A stretch of DNA of 38,859 bases from Malacoraja senta (GCA_038087875.1 JAXLNO010000510.1:1-38859); one strand, 5' to 3'. Numbered from the stretch's first letter, positions 11,108-23,877 are shown. The notes: generated from the sequence alone by a model not told the origin. Program-made: numbers and translations.

Positions 11108-11877
11108 TTGCCCCAGTCTGTCTCTATGTTGCCCCAGTCTGTCTCTATGTTGCCCCAGTCTGTCCCCTGTTGCCCCAGTCTGTCTCTATGTTGTCCCAGT
11201 CTGTCTCTCCGTTGCCCCAGTCTGTCTCTATGTTGCCCCAGTCTGTCTCTATGTTGCCCCAGTCTGTCCCCTGTTTGCCCCAGTCTGTCTCTATGTTGTC
11301 CCAGTCTGTCTCTATGTTGCCCCAGTCTGTCCCCTGTTGCCCCAGTCTGTATCTATGTTGTCCCAGTCTGTCTCTATGTTGCCCCAGTCTGTCCCCTGTT
11401 GCCCCAGTCTGTCTCTATGTTGTCCCAGTCTGTCTCTATGTTGCCCCAGTCTGTCCCCTGTTGCCCCAGTCTGTATCTATGTTGTCCCAGTCTGTCTCTA
11501 TGTTGCCCCAGTCTGTCCCCTGTTGCCCCAGTCTGTCTCTATGTTGTCCCAGTCTGTCTCTATGTTGCCCCAGTCTGTCCCCTGTTGCCCCAGTCTGTCT
11601 CTGTTGCCCCAGTCTGTATCTATGTTGCCCCAGTCTGTCTCTATGTTGCCCCAGTCTGTCTCTATGTTGTCCCAGTCTGTCTCTATGTTGCCCCAGTCTG
11701 TCTCTATGTTGTCCCAGTCTGTCTCTATGTTGCCCAGTCTGTCCCCTGTTGCCCCAGTCTGTCTCTATGTTGCCCCAGTCTGTATCTATGTTGTCCCAGT
11801 CTGTCTATGTTGCCCCAGTCTGTCCCCTGTTGCCCCAGTCTGTCTCTCTGTTGCCCCAGTCTGTCCCCTGTTGCCCT
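11108..11877. repeat. Minisatellite of 20-21-bp units with higher-order structure
   Basis: Units GTTGCCCCAGTCTGTCTCTAT, GTTGTCCCAGTCTGTCTCTAT and GTTGCCCCAGTCTGTCCCCT. Confidence 0.95.
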
Positions 11878-12359
11878 GGCCTGCCCCCCCCCCCCCAAGT
11901 TAACCAGGTCTACCCCCCCCCCCCCAGTTACCGACCTCCGTCCCTCAGTTGCCACAGTCTGACCCCTGGAGGTTGAGGGTTATCGATGTAACTGGACATT
12001 TCCTTCACGCTGACATATCTCGCCAGCGTGTGCTCTGGAGAGTGGGCCTCACACACTCCCTGCCGTGGCCACTTCCCTTTCCCACGGTCTCGGGCGAGGC
12101 ACGTTTGTCGTTGTCCTCAGTGACGGAGTGGGATGGCATTCCTGCTGGACTTTGATGCTGCTGTCCCACCCAGAACCCTGCCTCGCTCACTGCTCGATGT
12201 GACCTGTGGGGGGTTTATCGTGGACTCAGGGCCCAGCCACAACTACGCTGTGTGTATCTGCCTCTGTCCCTCCACTCCTCAACTCTCTGTGCAATCACTA
12301 CCTCAGCCTGTTGGTTACCTGGCACAAGGTTGCTTTATTCTGAAAGATTCTCGTTTTAT

Positions 12360-12920
12360 TCATAGTTATAGAGTGATACAGCATGGAAACAGGCTGCCCA
12401 CACCGGCCAACATGTCCCAGCTACACTAGTCCCACCTGCCTGTGTTTGGCCCATATCCCTCTCAACCTTGGACTATTGTGTGTTGTGTTCTTTATTGTAT
12501 GTAAGGCTGTCTGGTGACCAACTGGTACATGTGATAAATAAATGTATCTTGTGTCCATGTACCTGTCTAACTGCTTCTTACACATTGGGATAGTCCCAGC
12601 CTCAACTACCTCCTCCGGCAGCTGGTTCCATACACCCACCACCCTTTGCGTGAAAATGTTACTCCTCAGATTCCTATTAAATCTTTTACCCTTCACCTTC
12701 AACCTATGTCCTCCGTCCTCGATTCCCCTACACTGGGCAAGAGACTCTGCATCTACCCGATCTATTCCTCTCATGATTTTGTACACCCCAATAAGATTCA
12801 CCCCTCATCCTCCTGCGCTCCAAGGAATAAAGTCCCAGCCTAGTCAACCTCTCCCTAGGGATCAGACCATCGAGTCCAGGCAACATCCGCGTAAATTTTC
12901 TCTGCACCCTTTCCAACTCT
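12360..12920 (-). mobile_element. CR1-type LINE 3' fragment
   Basis: ELERVQRKFTRMLPGL...LGLYSLERRRMRG; VYKIMRGIDRVD; FTQRVVGVWN. Confidence 0.9.
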
Positions 12921-13467
12921 TTCATTGTCCTTTGATATGGAAGGCCATTCGACCCATCGAGTCCATGCCGGCTCTTGGAGCAGCCCCACCATTCCCCCAC
13001 ACATTTCCCTGTAACCTCTCCCTCTCTCTCACACGCCCTCCAACTCACTCGGCTGAATGGTTTCCTCTGATGTTGTAAGAAAATATGAGAAACAAGATAA
13101 GTGAGAAATTCCCCCAGTTTTCCTGCCACATGAGGAATAAATAGATGATGTAGGATGAGGCTTTTGGATAGGTACGTGGGTATACATGGATATGGGTATG
13201 TGCAGATAGGTAAAGGGAAGGTCTTGACATCATGTTTGGCATGGACATTGTGGGCCGAAGGGCCTGTTCTAGTGCTGTACTGATCTATGTTCTAAATTAC
13301 AGTAACCACTGGGTGTAAACCGGAGCACCCACATGGTCACAGGGAGAACATGCAAACTCCACACAGACAGCACCCGAGCTCAGGATTTCAGGTGGTTGCC
13401 GGAGGTGTGAGGCAGCAGCTCCACCTGCTGCAGCGGCGTGCCGCCCCAATTGAGGAAGCCCTTGAGG

Positions 13468-14092
13468 ACGCCACGGTGGCACAGCGGTGGAGTTGCTGCC
13501 TTACTGCGCCAGGGAGGCAGGTTCGATCCTGACTACGGCTGCTGTCTGTACGGAGTTTGTACGTTCTCGATGTTGGGGGAGTCCAGAACCAGGGTCCACA
13601 GTCTAAGAATAAGCAGTAAGTCATTTAGAACGGAGACGAGGAAACACTTTCTCACAGAGAGTGGTGAGTCTGGAATTCTCTGTGGAGGCCGGTTCTCTGG
13701 ATGCTTTCAAGAGAGAGCTAGATAGGGCTCTTAAAGATAGTGGAGTCAGGGAATATGGGGAGAAGGCAGGAACGGGGTACTGATTGGGGATGATCAGCCA
13801 TGATCACATTGAATGGCGGTACTGGCTCGAAGGGCCGAATGGCCTACTCCTGCACCTATTGTCTTTTGTCTATTGTCTATTGTCTATTCTCCCCGTGACC
13901 TGCGTGGGTTTTCTCCAAGTGCTTCGTTTCCTCCCACATTCCAGGTTTGTAGGCTATTTGGCTTTGGTAAAAATAGTAAATGATCTCTAGTGTGTGTAGG
14001 TTAAAGTTTGTACATGTGATTGCTGGTCGGTGTGGTCTCAGCGGACCGAAGAGTCTGTGTCTGCGCTGTATGTCTAACCTAAACTACAACTA
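13468..14092 (+). mobile_element. HE1/V-SINE-type SINE interrupted by a CR1 fragment
   Basis: SINE core is split at GTACGTTCTC and resumes TTCTCCCCGTGACC. Confidence 0.85.
13569..13886 (+). mobile_element. CR1-type LINE 3' fragment inserted in SINE
   Basis: MLGESRTR motif, (CTATTGT)n tail, and TTCTC duplication at 13564-13568 and 13887-13891. Confidence 0.9.
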
Positions 14093-14589
14093 AAGTACAT
14101 GAAAACAGTATATGCCATGTGAAATAATCATCTCATGTGCGGTGGTGAGTTCAGTTCCTGTCACGTGTACCGAGGTACAGTGAAAAGCTTCTGTTGCGGG
14201 CTATCCAGTCAGCGGGAAGACAATACATGCTACAATCAAGCCATTTACAGTGTATAGATACATGATGAAAGGAATCACATGACTAATGTGGAGCAGTTGA
14301 CGTTAATGCATCTTTGGTCCCAAATAAGCAGGACTGTGTTATGGATAATGCAGCAATGATTCACTCTTCTATCTGGTGGAAATATTGTACGTGCTGCGGC
14401 TGGAAGCTCGCTCTGTCCACGTCCCCTGCTGCGGCAGGGCTGCCGTGACTGCTCAGGATCACCTCCAGGCTGTGCAGTGTGCTGTGTGAATACCAACAGT
14501 GCTCTTCCATGCAGTGAGTGAGGTGCTGTGGGCAGTGTGTATGTCTACAACGCTCCCAACACCATACATCCCACGTCAGCTGAGCTGAA

Positions 14590-14940
14590 GATTGGGCAGC
14601 TTACAACCCAGAGGTATCAATATCGACTCTCTCTATCTTCAATAACCCTTGCCTTCCCTCCCTCCTCTCTCTCCATCCCCTCCCCATCCTAGTTCTCCAA
14701 CCAGTCTCACTGTCCTCTTCATTACATCTTTATCTCTGTATGCTTCATTGTCAGCCTCCCCAGCTTATCCTTCCATATCTCTGCGTCTCCCTCTCCCTTG
14801 ACTCCATCAAAAGAAAGGTCTCGACCCGAAACGTCACCCATTCCTTCTATCCTGAGATGCTCCCCTGTCCTGCTGGGTTATTCCAGCATTTTGTGTCTAT
14901 CTTTGGTGTAAACCAGCATCTGTGGTTCCTTCCTCCACAT
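14590..14940 (+). mobile_element. Penelope-like element 3' region
   Basis: LGSLQP.G.NID-like ORF end followed by a pyrimidine-rich UTR and the GACCCGAAACGTCACC module. Confidence 0.7.
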
Positions 14941-15047
14941 TTAGCCTGCCATGTGTTTCTTGGCTGGGCAAGAACCAGTCCCTACCTGTAGCCTCCTCTC
15001 TCCACGGAGTGTATTGTTCCAACCCGGACATTGTATGGTCCTGTGGT

Positions 15048-15312
15048 GTAGATACAGCATGAAAACAGGCCCTTCGGCCCACCGAGTCCGTGCCAACCCG
15101 CACATACTACCCTACACTTGGGGCAATTTTATACCAAGCCAATTAACCTACAAACCTGTACGTGTTTGGAATGTGGGAGGAAACCGAAGATCTCGGAGAA
15201 AACCCACGCAGGTCACGGGGAGAAGGTACAAACTCCGTACAGACAGCACCCGTAGTCAGGATCGAACCCGGATCTCTAGCGCTGTAAGGCCGCTGTACCA
15301 CCGTGCCGCCCT
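15048..15312 (-). mobile_element. HE1/V-SINE-type SINE
   Basis: Reverse-complement SINE head, core and tail. Confidence 0.85.
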
Positions 15313-15564
15313 GTGGAAAGCCTGTCGCTGTTGGTGTCGAGCGACTCTGTTGCACTGTGATTACCCGCTGGCTTCTGAAAGCTGCACTGTAAACTGCACA
15401 GAACTATTGTGGAGGAGGTTGTTCCCACTTGGCTGGGCTCCTCGCTCTGTGATGGCACAGAACTGCCACATTACAGGCTGGTCAAAATAACAACTATTTT
15501 TAGCAACTCTGATGCAAGTGATGTCAAGTTGTTGAGCTGGGCTTACATTTGTGTTAATTAGCAC

Positions 15565-16070
15565 CTAGGCAGCTTACAACCCAGTAGTATGAATATTGAC
15601 TTCTCTAATTTCAAGTAACCCTTGCTCTCCCTCTGTCCCTCTCTCTCTGTCCTCCCCCCACTCTAGTTCTCCGACTAGTTTCAGTCTCCTCCTGATTAAT
15701 GTTACTGTTTGTATGCCTCGTTGTCACCTTCCCCTCAGTGGGTGAGGCAGCATCTATGAAGCGAAGGAATAGGTGACGTTTCTGGTCGAGACCCTTCTTC
15801 AGCTCCATAGATGCTGCCTCACCCGCTGAGTTTCTCCAGCATTTTTGTCTACCTTCGATTTTTCCAGCATCTGCAGTTTTTTCCTTAAACATTATACATT
15901 TCCTTGAGCATCGTCCGATTTGATCTGTCCTTTTCACACCATACATTCTCTTTTCACCCTTCCATATCCCCAGTTTCCCATGATACTCAGCCTGAAGAGG
16001 GGCCACCCATTCCTTCTCTCCAGAGATGTTGCCCGACCCATTGTTACTCCAGCATTTTGTGTCTATCTGC
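15565..16070. mobile_element. Penelope-like element fragments (partly inverted)
   Basis: LGSLQPSSMNIDFSNFK* ORF end on the plus strand; inverted CTGAAGAAGGGTCTCGACC module at 15775-15802. Confidence 0.7.
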
Positions 16071-16460
16071 GGTGACCTTGCGTGCATCACCGGCAGACAT
16101 CAAACAACCTTTCACCGTCATCTCCACAGCCACCCACTCCCACACACAGGTGTTTCTGTCACAGTCTCTGGTTGTCCCGATGTCCTTCACAGCCACTGAT
16201 GGTTCAAATGGTGATAAATGTGATGAAAACTCCCACAAATGGCAAAACAGAAAGGGCTTTTTCTCTTTCACTGAACTTGAGTGTCAAAGAATGATAGGTA
16301 GAGTCTGAGAGTCGTGCTGAACGGAAATTGGCCCTTCGGCCCTACGTCCATGCTGGCCTTTTGCCCAATAACACTAATCCCATTTGTGCATGTTAGACCC
16401 AACTGTCCTTTCCCTATTTAATCGTCTGTCTAAATGGCTCTTAATCCTTGCTGTGCGGGG

Positions 16461-16775
16461 GCAGCCACAGTGATACAGCGGTAGAGTTGCTGCCTTACAG
16501 CCCTTAGAGCACCAGAGACCCAGGTTCGATCCTGGCCACGGGTGCTGTCTGTACGGAGTTTGTACGTTCTCCCTGTGATTACGTGTGGTTTCTCCGGGAT
16601 TTCTGGATTCCTCCCACACTCCAAAGACGTGTACGTTCCCGGACATTGGCTTGGTATAAATGTAAATGATCCCCAGTGTGTGTAGGATAGTGTTAGTGTG
16701 CGGGGATCGCTGGTTGGCGCGGTCTCGATGGGCCAAAGGCCCTGTTTCCTCACTGTATCTCTAAACTAAGCTAAA
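16461..16775 (+). mobile_element. HE1/V-SINE-type SINE
   Basis: Head with B-box, core and tail. Confidence 0.9.
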
Positions 16776-17682
16776 TCTACCCCTCTCATAATCTTACATA
16801 CATCAGGTCCAATCTGATGTATGTATCCAATCGCTCCATTACTGGCCCAACCCTTCCCAACATGGGAATGTCTACAGACGTTGACTGGAGAAGATGGCAT
16901 TTGTCATTCAGTTTCGCCACCTTATCACCAGGTTCAGGAACAGCTACTTTCCTGCAACCATCAGGTTGTTGAATTGACCCGCGCAACCCTACCCCCACCT
17001 TAGCAACGGGGCACCACAGGCCATCAGTGCGGGAAGGAACTGCAGATGCTGGTTTACACCGAAGATCGACACAAAATGCTGGAGTAACTCACCAGGTCAG
17101 GTACCATCTCTGAAGAAGGGTCGCAACCTGAAAAGTCACCTGTCCCTTTTCTCCAGAGTTGTTGTCTGACCCGTATTTTGCCTGACCAGCATGTTTTGTC
17201 TAATTCCTACCATCTCTTGCACTAACATGGACGTTTCTTATTGTGTCATTTGCACAAATGTTAATGTTTATAAGTGATAGGAGCAGAATGAGGCCATTGG
17301 GCCCATCAAGTCTACTCTGCCATTCAATCATGGCTGATCTATCGTTCCCTCTCACCCCCATTCTCCTGTCTTTACCCCATAACCCCTGACACCTGTACTA
17401 GTCACGAATCTATCGATCTCTTGTACTGTTGATTTTTGGAACAGATTTCACCATCTTGTAGTATTTGTGTGTAATTTGTACTTTGTTTATGTACCTGTGT
17501 TGCTGCTGCAAGTATTTGACCTGTACCTCTCCGTACTTGTGCATGCGGTGATCAACTTGACTCGCCCCATAGCGAAAATCCTCCACTCCAGACAACACCT
17601 TTGTGATAGCCTCTGCAAGTTGGAGTCTGGTGAGCAGAACTGTGCACGGCCCATCCAAGAGCGGTCTCACCAGTGTTGTGTA

Positions 17683-17904
17683 AAGGTAGACAAATGTCTA
17701 CATCTATGGAGCGAAGGAAATAGGCAACGTTTCGTGCCGAAACCCTCAGACTGATGATCTTCATCAGACCTTCATCAGTCTGAAGAAGGGTTTCGGGCCG
17801 AAACGTTGCCTATTTCCTTCACTCCATAGATGCTGCTGCACCCGCTGAGTTTCTCCAGCACTTTTGTCTACCTTTGATTTTCCAGCATCTGCAGTTGCTT
17901 CTTA
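17683..17904. mobile_element. Penelope-derived inverted-repeat element
   Basis: ATCTATGGAG.GAAGGAAATAGGCAACGTTTCG mirrored by CGAAACGTTGCCTATTTCCTTC.CTCCATAGAT. Confidence 0.7.
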
Positions 17905-18428
17905 AAGGCTGGTGTCAAGTCTGCTGATAGATGCCACCCCTACACAGCAGCAACCCCATGGCCCACAGTGGAGGCAGCAGAGGAGTAACATGTCCCCAGC
18001 TGCTCCCCCTTCTCCCCCAATGTCCATCGTGGTCTTGTGTCCAGGCTCCGATTCTGAGCTGAGAGCGTTAACTTCTGGGCCAATGGTGATGCACGTTCTC
18101 TCAAGTGGATGACCACGAGAAGATGAAATCAGACAAGCAATACAAAGCAAGTAGGAAAGGTCCCAGATAGACACAAAAAGCTGGAGTAACTCAGCGTGTC
18201 AGGCAGCATCTCTGGAGAGAAGTAATGGGTGACCTTTTGGGTCGAGACCCTTCTTCAGACTGAGAGTCAGGGGAGAAGGAAACAAGAGATACAAGGTGAC
18301 AGAGAGATATAGAACAAATGTATGAAATACATGCAAAAAGTAACAATGATAAACGAAACAGGCCATTGTTAGCTGTGGGCTTGGTGAAAACAAGTTACAG
18401 ATAATTAGACTTTGAAACCAGTAATGAC

Positions 18429-20233
18429 TGTGAGGAGGATGCTATGAGAATGCAGGGTGACTTGGACAGGTTGGGGGAGTGGGCAGATGCATGGCAGATG
18501 CAGTTTAATGTGGATAAATGTGAGGTATCCACTTTGGTAGCAAAAACAGGAAGGCAGATTATGATCTAAATGGTTGGTGGATAACGCCCGGTTACGGTCC
18601 CAGCCCGTCCCCACGTACCTCGGTGTGAAGCTCGACAGAACGCTGTCATTCAAACAACACCTGGAAGGTGCCAATGCAAAGACAAGCGCCCGTGCTGCAC
18701 TGATTCGCCGCCTAGCCGGCACCACATGGGGAGCCACGACGAAGACACTGCGCATGTCCACTGCACGTGGTCCTGGTGTTCTCAGCCGCCGGGTACTGCG
18801 CCCCGGTCTGGTGCCGTAGCCCTCACGCCAAGAAGCTGGATGCTGCCCTCAACAGCACCCTGCGGACTGTCTCCGGATGCCTACGAGCCACCCCAGTAAA
18901 CCCACTGGCCGTCCTCGCTGCCATCGCCCCAGCCAACACCAGACAAGAAGCAGCCACGCTGGCCCTCCCTCGAAAGGCACAGACCAGTGAACCCCACCTC
19001 CTCCATCAGATCGTCACAGAGACACCACGACGAGTGCATCTCAAGTCACGGCAACCCTTTGCCACGCAAGCCCAAGAGCTGCTCTGCACAACATCGGCTG
19101 ACGCTTCTAAGGCTGCCTGGCTCAAGACAAGATGGAGAGACCAGTGGAAGTCAGCGGAACCATCTAGGCTACGCCATTACATCGATGATCCCATGGACGT
19201 CCCTGGCCAGGACCTGCCCCGAAAGCAGTGGACAACCCTCAACCGCTTGAGGACAGGCATCGGACGCTATGGAGTGGCGATGAAGAGGTGGGGCCTCGTG
19301 GACAGCGAACACCTCCTGCGAGTGTGGGGACCCAACACAGACAGTGGAGCACATAGTCACCAGTTGCCCCAAACACCGGCCACCCAATGGTGAACGAGGT
19401 CTGATTGACCTGGACGATGACACGTTGGCCTGGCTCGCCTCAACGGAGCTGCAGGTCTAAAAGACACACGACAGAAGAAGAAGATCTAAATGATGTCAAG
19501 TTGTGGAAAGGGGAAGTACAAACTGGATCTAGGGGTCCTTGTTCATCAGTCTATGAAAGTAAGCATGCAGGTACAGCAGGCAGTGAAGAAAGGGAATGGC
19601 CTGTTGGCCTTCATAACAAGACGATTTGAGTATAGGAGCAAAGAGGTCCTTCTGCAGTTGTACAGAGCCCTAGTGAGACCACACCTGGAGAATTGTGTGC
19701 AGTTTTCATCCCCTAATTTGAGGAAGGACATTCTTGCTATTGAGGGAGTGCAGCGTAGGTTTATTCCCAGGATGGCGGGACTGTCATATGCTGAGAGAAT
19801 GGAGCGGCTGGGCTTGTCCACTCTGGAGTATAGAAGGATGAGAGGGGATCTTATTGAAACAGATAAGATTATTAAGTTTGGACACGCTAGAGGCAGGAAA
19901 CATGTTCCCGATGTTGGGGGAGTCCAGAACCAGGGGCCACTGTTTAAGAATAAGGGGTAAGCCATTTAGAACGGAGACGAGGAAACACTTTTTCTCACAG
20001 AGAGTGGTGAGTCTGTGGAATTCTCTGCCTCAGAGGGCGGTGGAGGCCAGTTCTCTGAATACTTTCAAGAGAGAGCTAGATAGGGCTCTTAAAGATAGCG
20101 GAGTCAGGTGATATGGGGAGAAGGCAGGAACGGGGTACTGATTGGGGATGATCAGCCATGATCACATTGAATGGCGGTGCTGGCTCGAAGGGCCAAATGG
20201 CCTACTCCTGCACCTATTGTCTGTTGTCTATTG
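18429..20233 (+). mobile_element. CR1-type LINE (ORF2 3' part and tail) interrupted by an Ingi/Vingi element
   Basis: QGDLDRLGEWADAWQMQFNVDKCEV; DLGVLV...LLQLYRALVRPHLE.C.QF; CTATTGT-type tail; frameshifted. Confidence 0.92.
18573..19482 (+). mobile_element. 5'-truncated Ingi/Vingi-clade (I group) LINE
   Basis: YLGVKLDRTLSFKQHL...LAGTTWGA...YCAPVW...LNRLRTG, C-terminal CECGDPTQTVEHIVTSC knuckle, stop at 19458-19460, (GAA)n tail and GATCTAAATG duplication (18563-18572, 19483-19492); about two frameshifts. Confidence 0.85.
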
Positions 20234-20266
20234 ACTTGGGTGAGGGAGGGAGAGGGGATGCAGGGG

Positions 20267-20690
20267 TTACTTGAAGTTAGAGAAATCAATATTCATACTG
20301 CTGGGTTATAAGCTGCCCAAGTGAAGTATGAGGTGCTGTTCCTCCAATTAGTGATTGACTTCCCTCAGACAATGGAGGAGGCCTAGGACAGAAAGGTCAG
20401 TGTGGGAAAGGTCAGTGTGGCAACTGGGAGATCAGGAAGGTTAAGACGGACTGAGCGAAGGTGTTCAGCGAAACGATCGTCCAGTTTACATTTGGTCTCG
20501 CCGATGCATACAAGTCCACACCTTGATCAACTGATACAGTAGATGAGGTTGGAGGAGGTACAAGTGAACCTCTGCCTCACCTGGAAAGACTATCGGGACC
20601 CTTAGACAGAGTCGAGGGAGGAGGTATAGGGACAGGTGTTGCATCTCCTGTGGTTGCAGGGGAAGGTACCTGGGGACGGAGTGTTTGGGT
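20267..20690 (-). mobile_element. Penelope-like element, decayed GIY-YIG endonuclease region
   Basis: Minus translation PGTFPCNHRRCNTCP...FTCTSSNLIYCI...CIGETKCKLDDRFAEH...LEEQHLI.HLGSL.PSSMNIDFSNFK*, with internal stops. Confidence 0.85.
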
Positions 20691-22306
20691 GAGATGTGAT
20701 GATCTCAAGCGGGCCATTAGAAGGGCCAACAAGGCTAGTCAGATTAGTGAAAGTCCCAAGGCTTTTCATATGTATATTAAAACAAGGGAGAAGAGCTGTT
20801 CAAGGAAAAAGGATGGAATTTAGCAAAAACAAGAAGGCGTTGATTTAAGGCAATCATCATCATCGTTGACAACATTAGCGACGCAGTGGTGCTGGTTACC
20901 GACGGGAACGGTGACGGACGCACCACACATCTCTGTCCTCCAGTTCCTGCGGACTTCCGCTGCTGGAAGTCTAGGATGTTGGTGTGTGTGTGTGTGTGTG
21001 TGCTTTATCATCGTTCCTTACAATGCGATGTACGACAGTGATCGCAATTTCTACTGAAGTGTGGATGGCCGTTGGCTCGCTCGGAGCTCATCCGCCCTTT
21101 GACAGGTCTTGTTTTTGGTCCTGCTGGGGGTCCACAGCCCCCTCCTCACCTGGCAAACTAGGTGGGGGAGACGGTTTAGTCGCCGACTATCCGACCAAGG
21201 AGCGGGTAGCACGGGATTACATGGTACCCGTGGTGGGGGGAAGAGGAAGGAATTTTAAAGCATTTAAAAAGTCACGGATAAAGGAACAAAAGCTACCGAT
21301 GGGTAACGCCCAGACCATCAAATGCTCCTCATACATTAACTCAAATCATCTCTGGGATCCTTCTTGTAAACCTCCTCTGGAATGGCAGCACATCCTCAAA
21401 TCTGAGGGCAAAACATGCTCACAATATTCCCAATGTGGCCCGCCCAGCACCTTATACAAGGCCTCAGCATTACATACCTGCTTTTATATCCTTACTTTCT
21501 CATCCACTCTTTACAAACTAGCGGCTATTTAGACCGGGCTAATTCACCGACAAACCTGCACATTTTGGGGGTGTGGGAGGAGATATATATTGGCCGAGGT
21601 AGAGTGGTCAGAATCTTTATCCCAGGATGGAAAAAACAAATACTAGAGGGTAGACACAACAAGCTGGAGTAACTCAGCGGGACAGGCAGCATCTCTGGAG
21701 AGAAGGAATGGGTGACGTTTCGGGTCGAGACCCTTCTTCAGGTGAGTGGGGCAAAGTTTAAAGGAGATGTGCGGGGCAGCTTTTTATACCGAGGGTTGTG
21801 AGGGTTACGGTAGGTATGACAGTGGATGGAGGGATGTGGGTTATGGGCAAGTAGATAAGTGATGGCAGCATGTTCAGCACAGACATTGTGGGCTGAAGGG
21901 CCTGTTTCTGTGCTGCACTGTTCTGTGAAATTGGAGCATCCGGATAAAGCCCACGTGGTCAGAGGGAGAACGTGCAAACTCCACAAAGTTAATAGCCGAG
22001 GTGAGGAATGGACCGTGCGCCTGGCGTTGTGAGGCAGCTGGCTCTACCACTCAGACCCAGGCAGACTGCATGTGTTGGGGTTGAGGACTCTAGTCCCATG
22101 GGGACTGACTATGGTCCAGCCAGGGTGCTGGGTTACCAGGTGGCAATGGGTCAGTGTGTGGTTTAAACTAGATACAGAGGGCAGGGAATCAGCCAGCCAG
22201 GACTGTGTGTTCAAAATTGTAACTCTGCCATTGGGGATGATATATTGTCCAGCTATATTCATCATCTTCTCCCCAGCACTCAATAATTCTGTCTGCTGGT
22301 TGGGCC

Positions 22307-22377
22307 AGAGAGAGTGAGAGGGAGGGAGGGAGAGAGAGAGAGTGTGAGGGAGAGAGGGAGGGAGGGAGGGAGAGAGA

Positions 22378-22420
<43 letters not shown>

Positions 22421-22630
22421 AGAGAGGGAGGGAGAGGGAGAGAGAGAGAGAGAAGGAGAGAGAGAGAGAGAGAGGGAGAGGGAGAGAGGGAGAGAGAGAG
22501 TGAAGGAGAGAGAGAGAGAGAGGGAGAGGGAGAGAGGGAGGGAGAGAGAGAGAGAGAGAGAGGGAGGGAGAGAGAGGGAGAGGGAGAGGGAGGGAGGGAG
22601 GGAGAGAGAGAGAGAGAGAGAGAAATAGAC

Positions 22631-22661
<31 letters not shown>

Positions 22662-22676
22662 CAGAGACAGACAGAC
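22307..22676. repeat. Polypurine (GA)n/(GGGA)n/(GACAGA)n tract
   Basis: About 370 bp that are almost entirely A/G. Confidence 0.97.
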
Positions 22677-23119
22677 ATAATGGGTTGACAAGAGGACCTC
22701 ATTGCCCATCTTATATAGAACAGTTCAGTAGAGGAGCAGGCCGTCTGGCCCACAATGTCCACACTGAACAGGATGCCATGCTAAACTCATCTTGTGTGCC
22801 TGCACGCTGTCCATATCCCTCCATTCCCTGCATATCCACGTGATTATCTAAAAGCCACTCAGATGCCTGTATTGTATCAGCATGCACCACTGCCTATATC
22901 AGCACATTCCCCAGGCTGCTGCCTCTCTGTGTGAAACAACATTTCCCCCAGACATCTCCTTTCAACTTTACCCCTCTCCCCTTAAAGCAATGCCCTCTAG
23001 TCCTTGACATTTCCCTGGGGTGAAACGTTCTGACTGAAACCTCTGGTCATTAATTAATCCCACTCGCCTCATGGTTCCCCAGCACTCTGCAACAATTTTT
23101 ATTTTTTATTTTCAAATGT

Positions 23120-23387
23120 GCGACAGAGAGTTGCTGCCCGACAGCACCAGAGACCTGGGTTTGATCCTGACTACGGGTGCTGTCAGTACGGAGTGTGTAC
23201 CTTCTCCCTGTGACCACGTGGGTTTTCTCCCAGGCTCCAAAGTCATGCAGGTTAGTAGGTTAACTGGCTTGGTATAATTCTAACTTGTCCCTAGTGTGTG
23301 TAGGGTAGTGTCAGTGTGCGGAGATCGCTGGTCGGTGTAGACTCGGTGATTCCACGCTGTATCTCTAAACTAAACCGAACTAAAACT
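23120..23387 (+). mobile_element. HE1/V-SINE-type SINE
   Basis: Partial head, core and CTAAA tail. Confidence 0.85.
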
Positions 23388-23877
23388 ATCTGTTTCCAAG
23401 CCCCTTTTCAATCGTTCCCTGTTCTTTCAGGGAGTTGTTTGTGTAAAATGAAGCTAGGATGTCTTTATCTCCCCCCAGCCTGATTGTATTTTAACCCAGT
23501 TACCTTGTCTTGCTGCAGTGCCAGATGTCAACACAGCTGTTGTTTGCACTGGGGATTGGCAGTTTGATTTAGTCCATGCTCCATCTGGTGTGTTGTGTGA
23601 CGATTGATCTTCCCCACCAGTGTGCGGCTGCCCTTTGTTCTGGCTGCACTTCAGCAAGATTTGGTTTCAGGCCAGTGCGTTTGCAGCCAAGCCCAAGGGG
23701 TTTGTTCAACATCAGCCCAGCAGCTCGGCTGCTGATGGCCAGATCGTCTCTTCTGCTGATGCCTCTTCACCTTGGGGCAGGGGACCAAGGACCAAGGGCA
23801 TCTTCTGCCCTTGAAGGGTTCCGACCAACACAACATCTATTCCTTTTCCCCAGAGATGATGCCTGACCTCCTGAGTT

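Noticed and set aside
10980..11976. Three overlapping ORFs of 284-307 aa
   Set aside because: They are translations of a stop-free minisatellite, with no domain or splice context.
16219..16308. C/D-box snoRNA-like arrangement (GTGATGA...CTGA...CTGA)
   Set aside because: No terminal stem and no rRNA/snRNA-complementary guide that I could identify.
19490..20111. 156-aa and 85-aa ORFs as host genes
   Set aside because: Frameshifted CR1 ORF2 remnants.
22044..22762. SLSL/ERER ORFs
   Set aside because: Translations of the (GA)n microsatellite.
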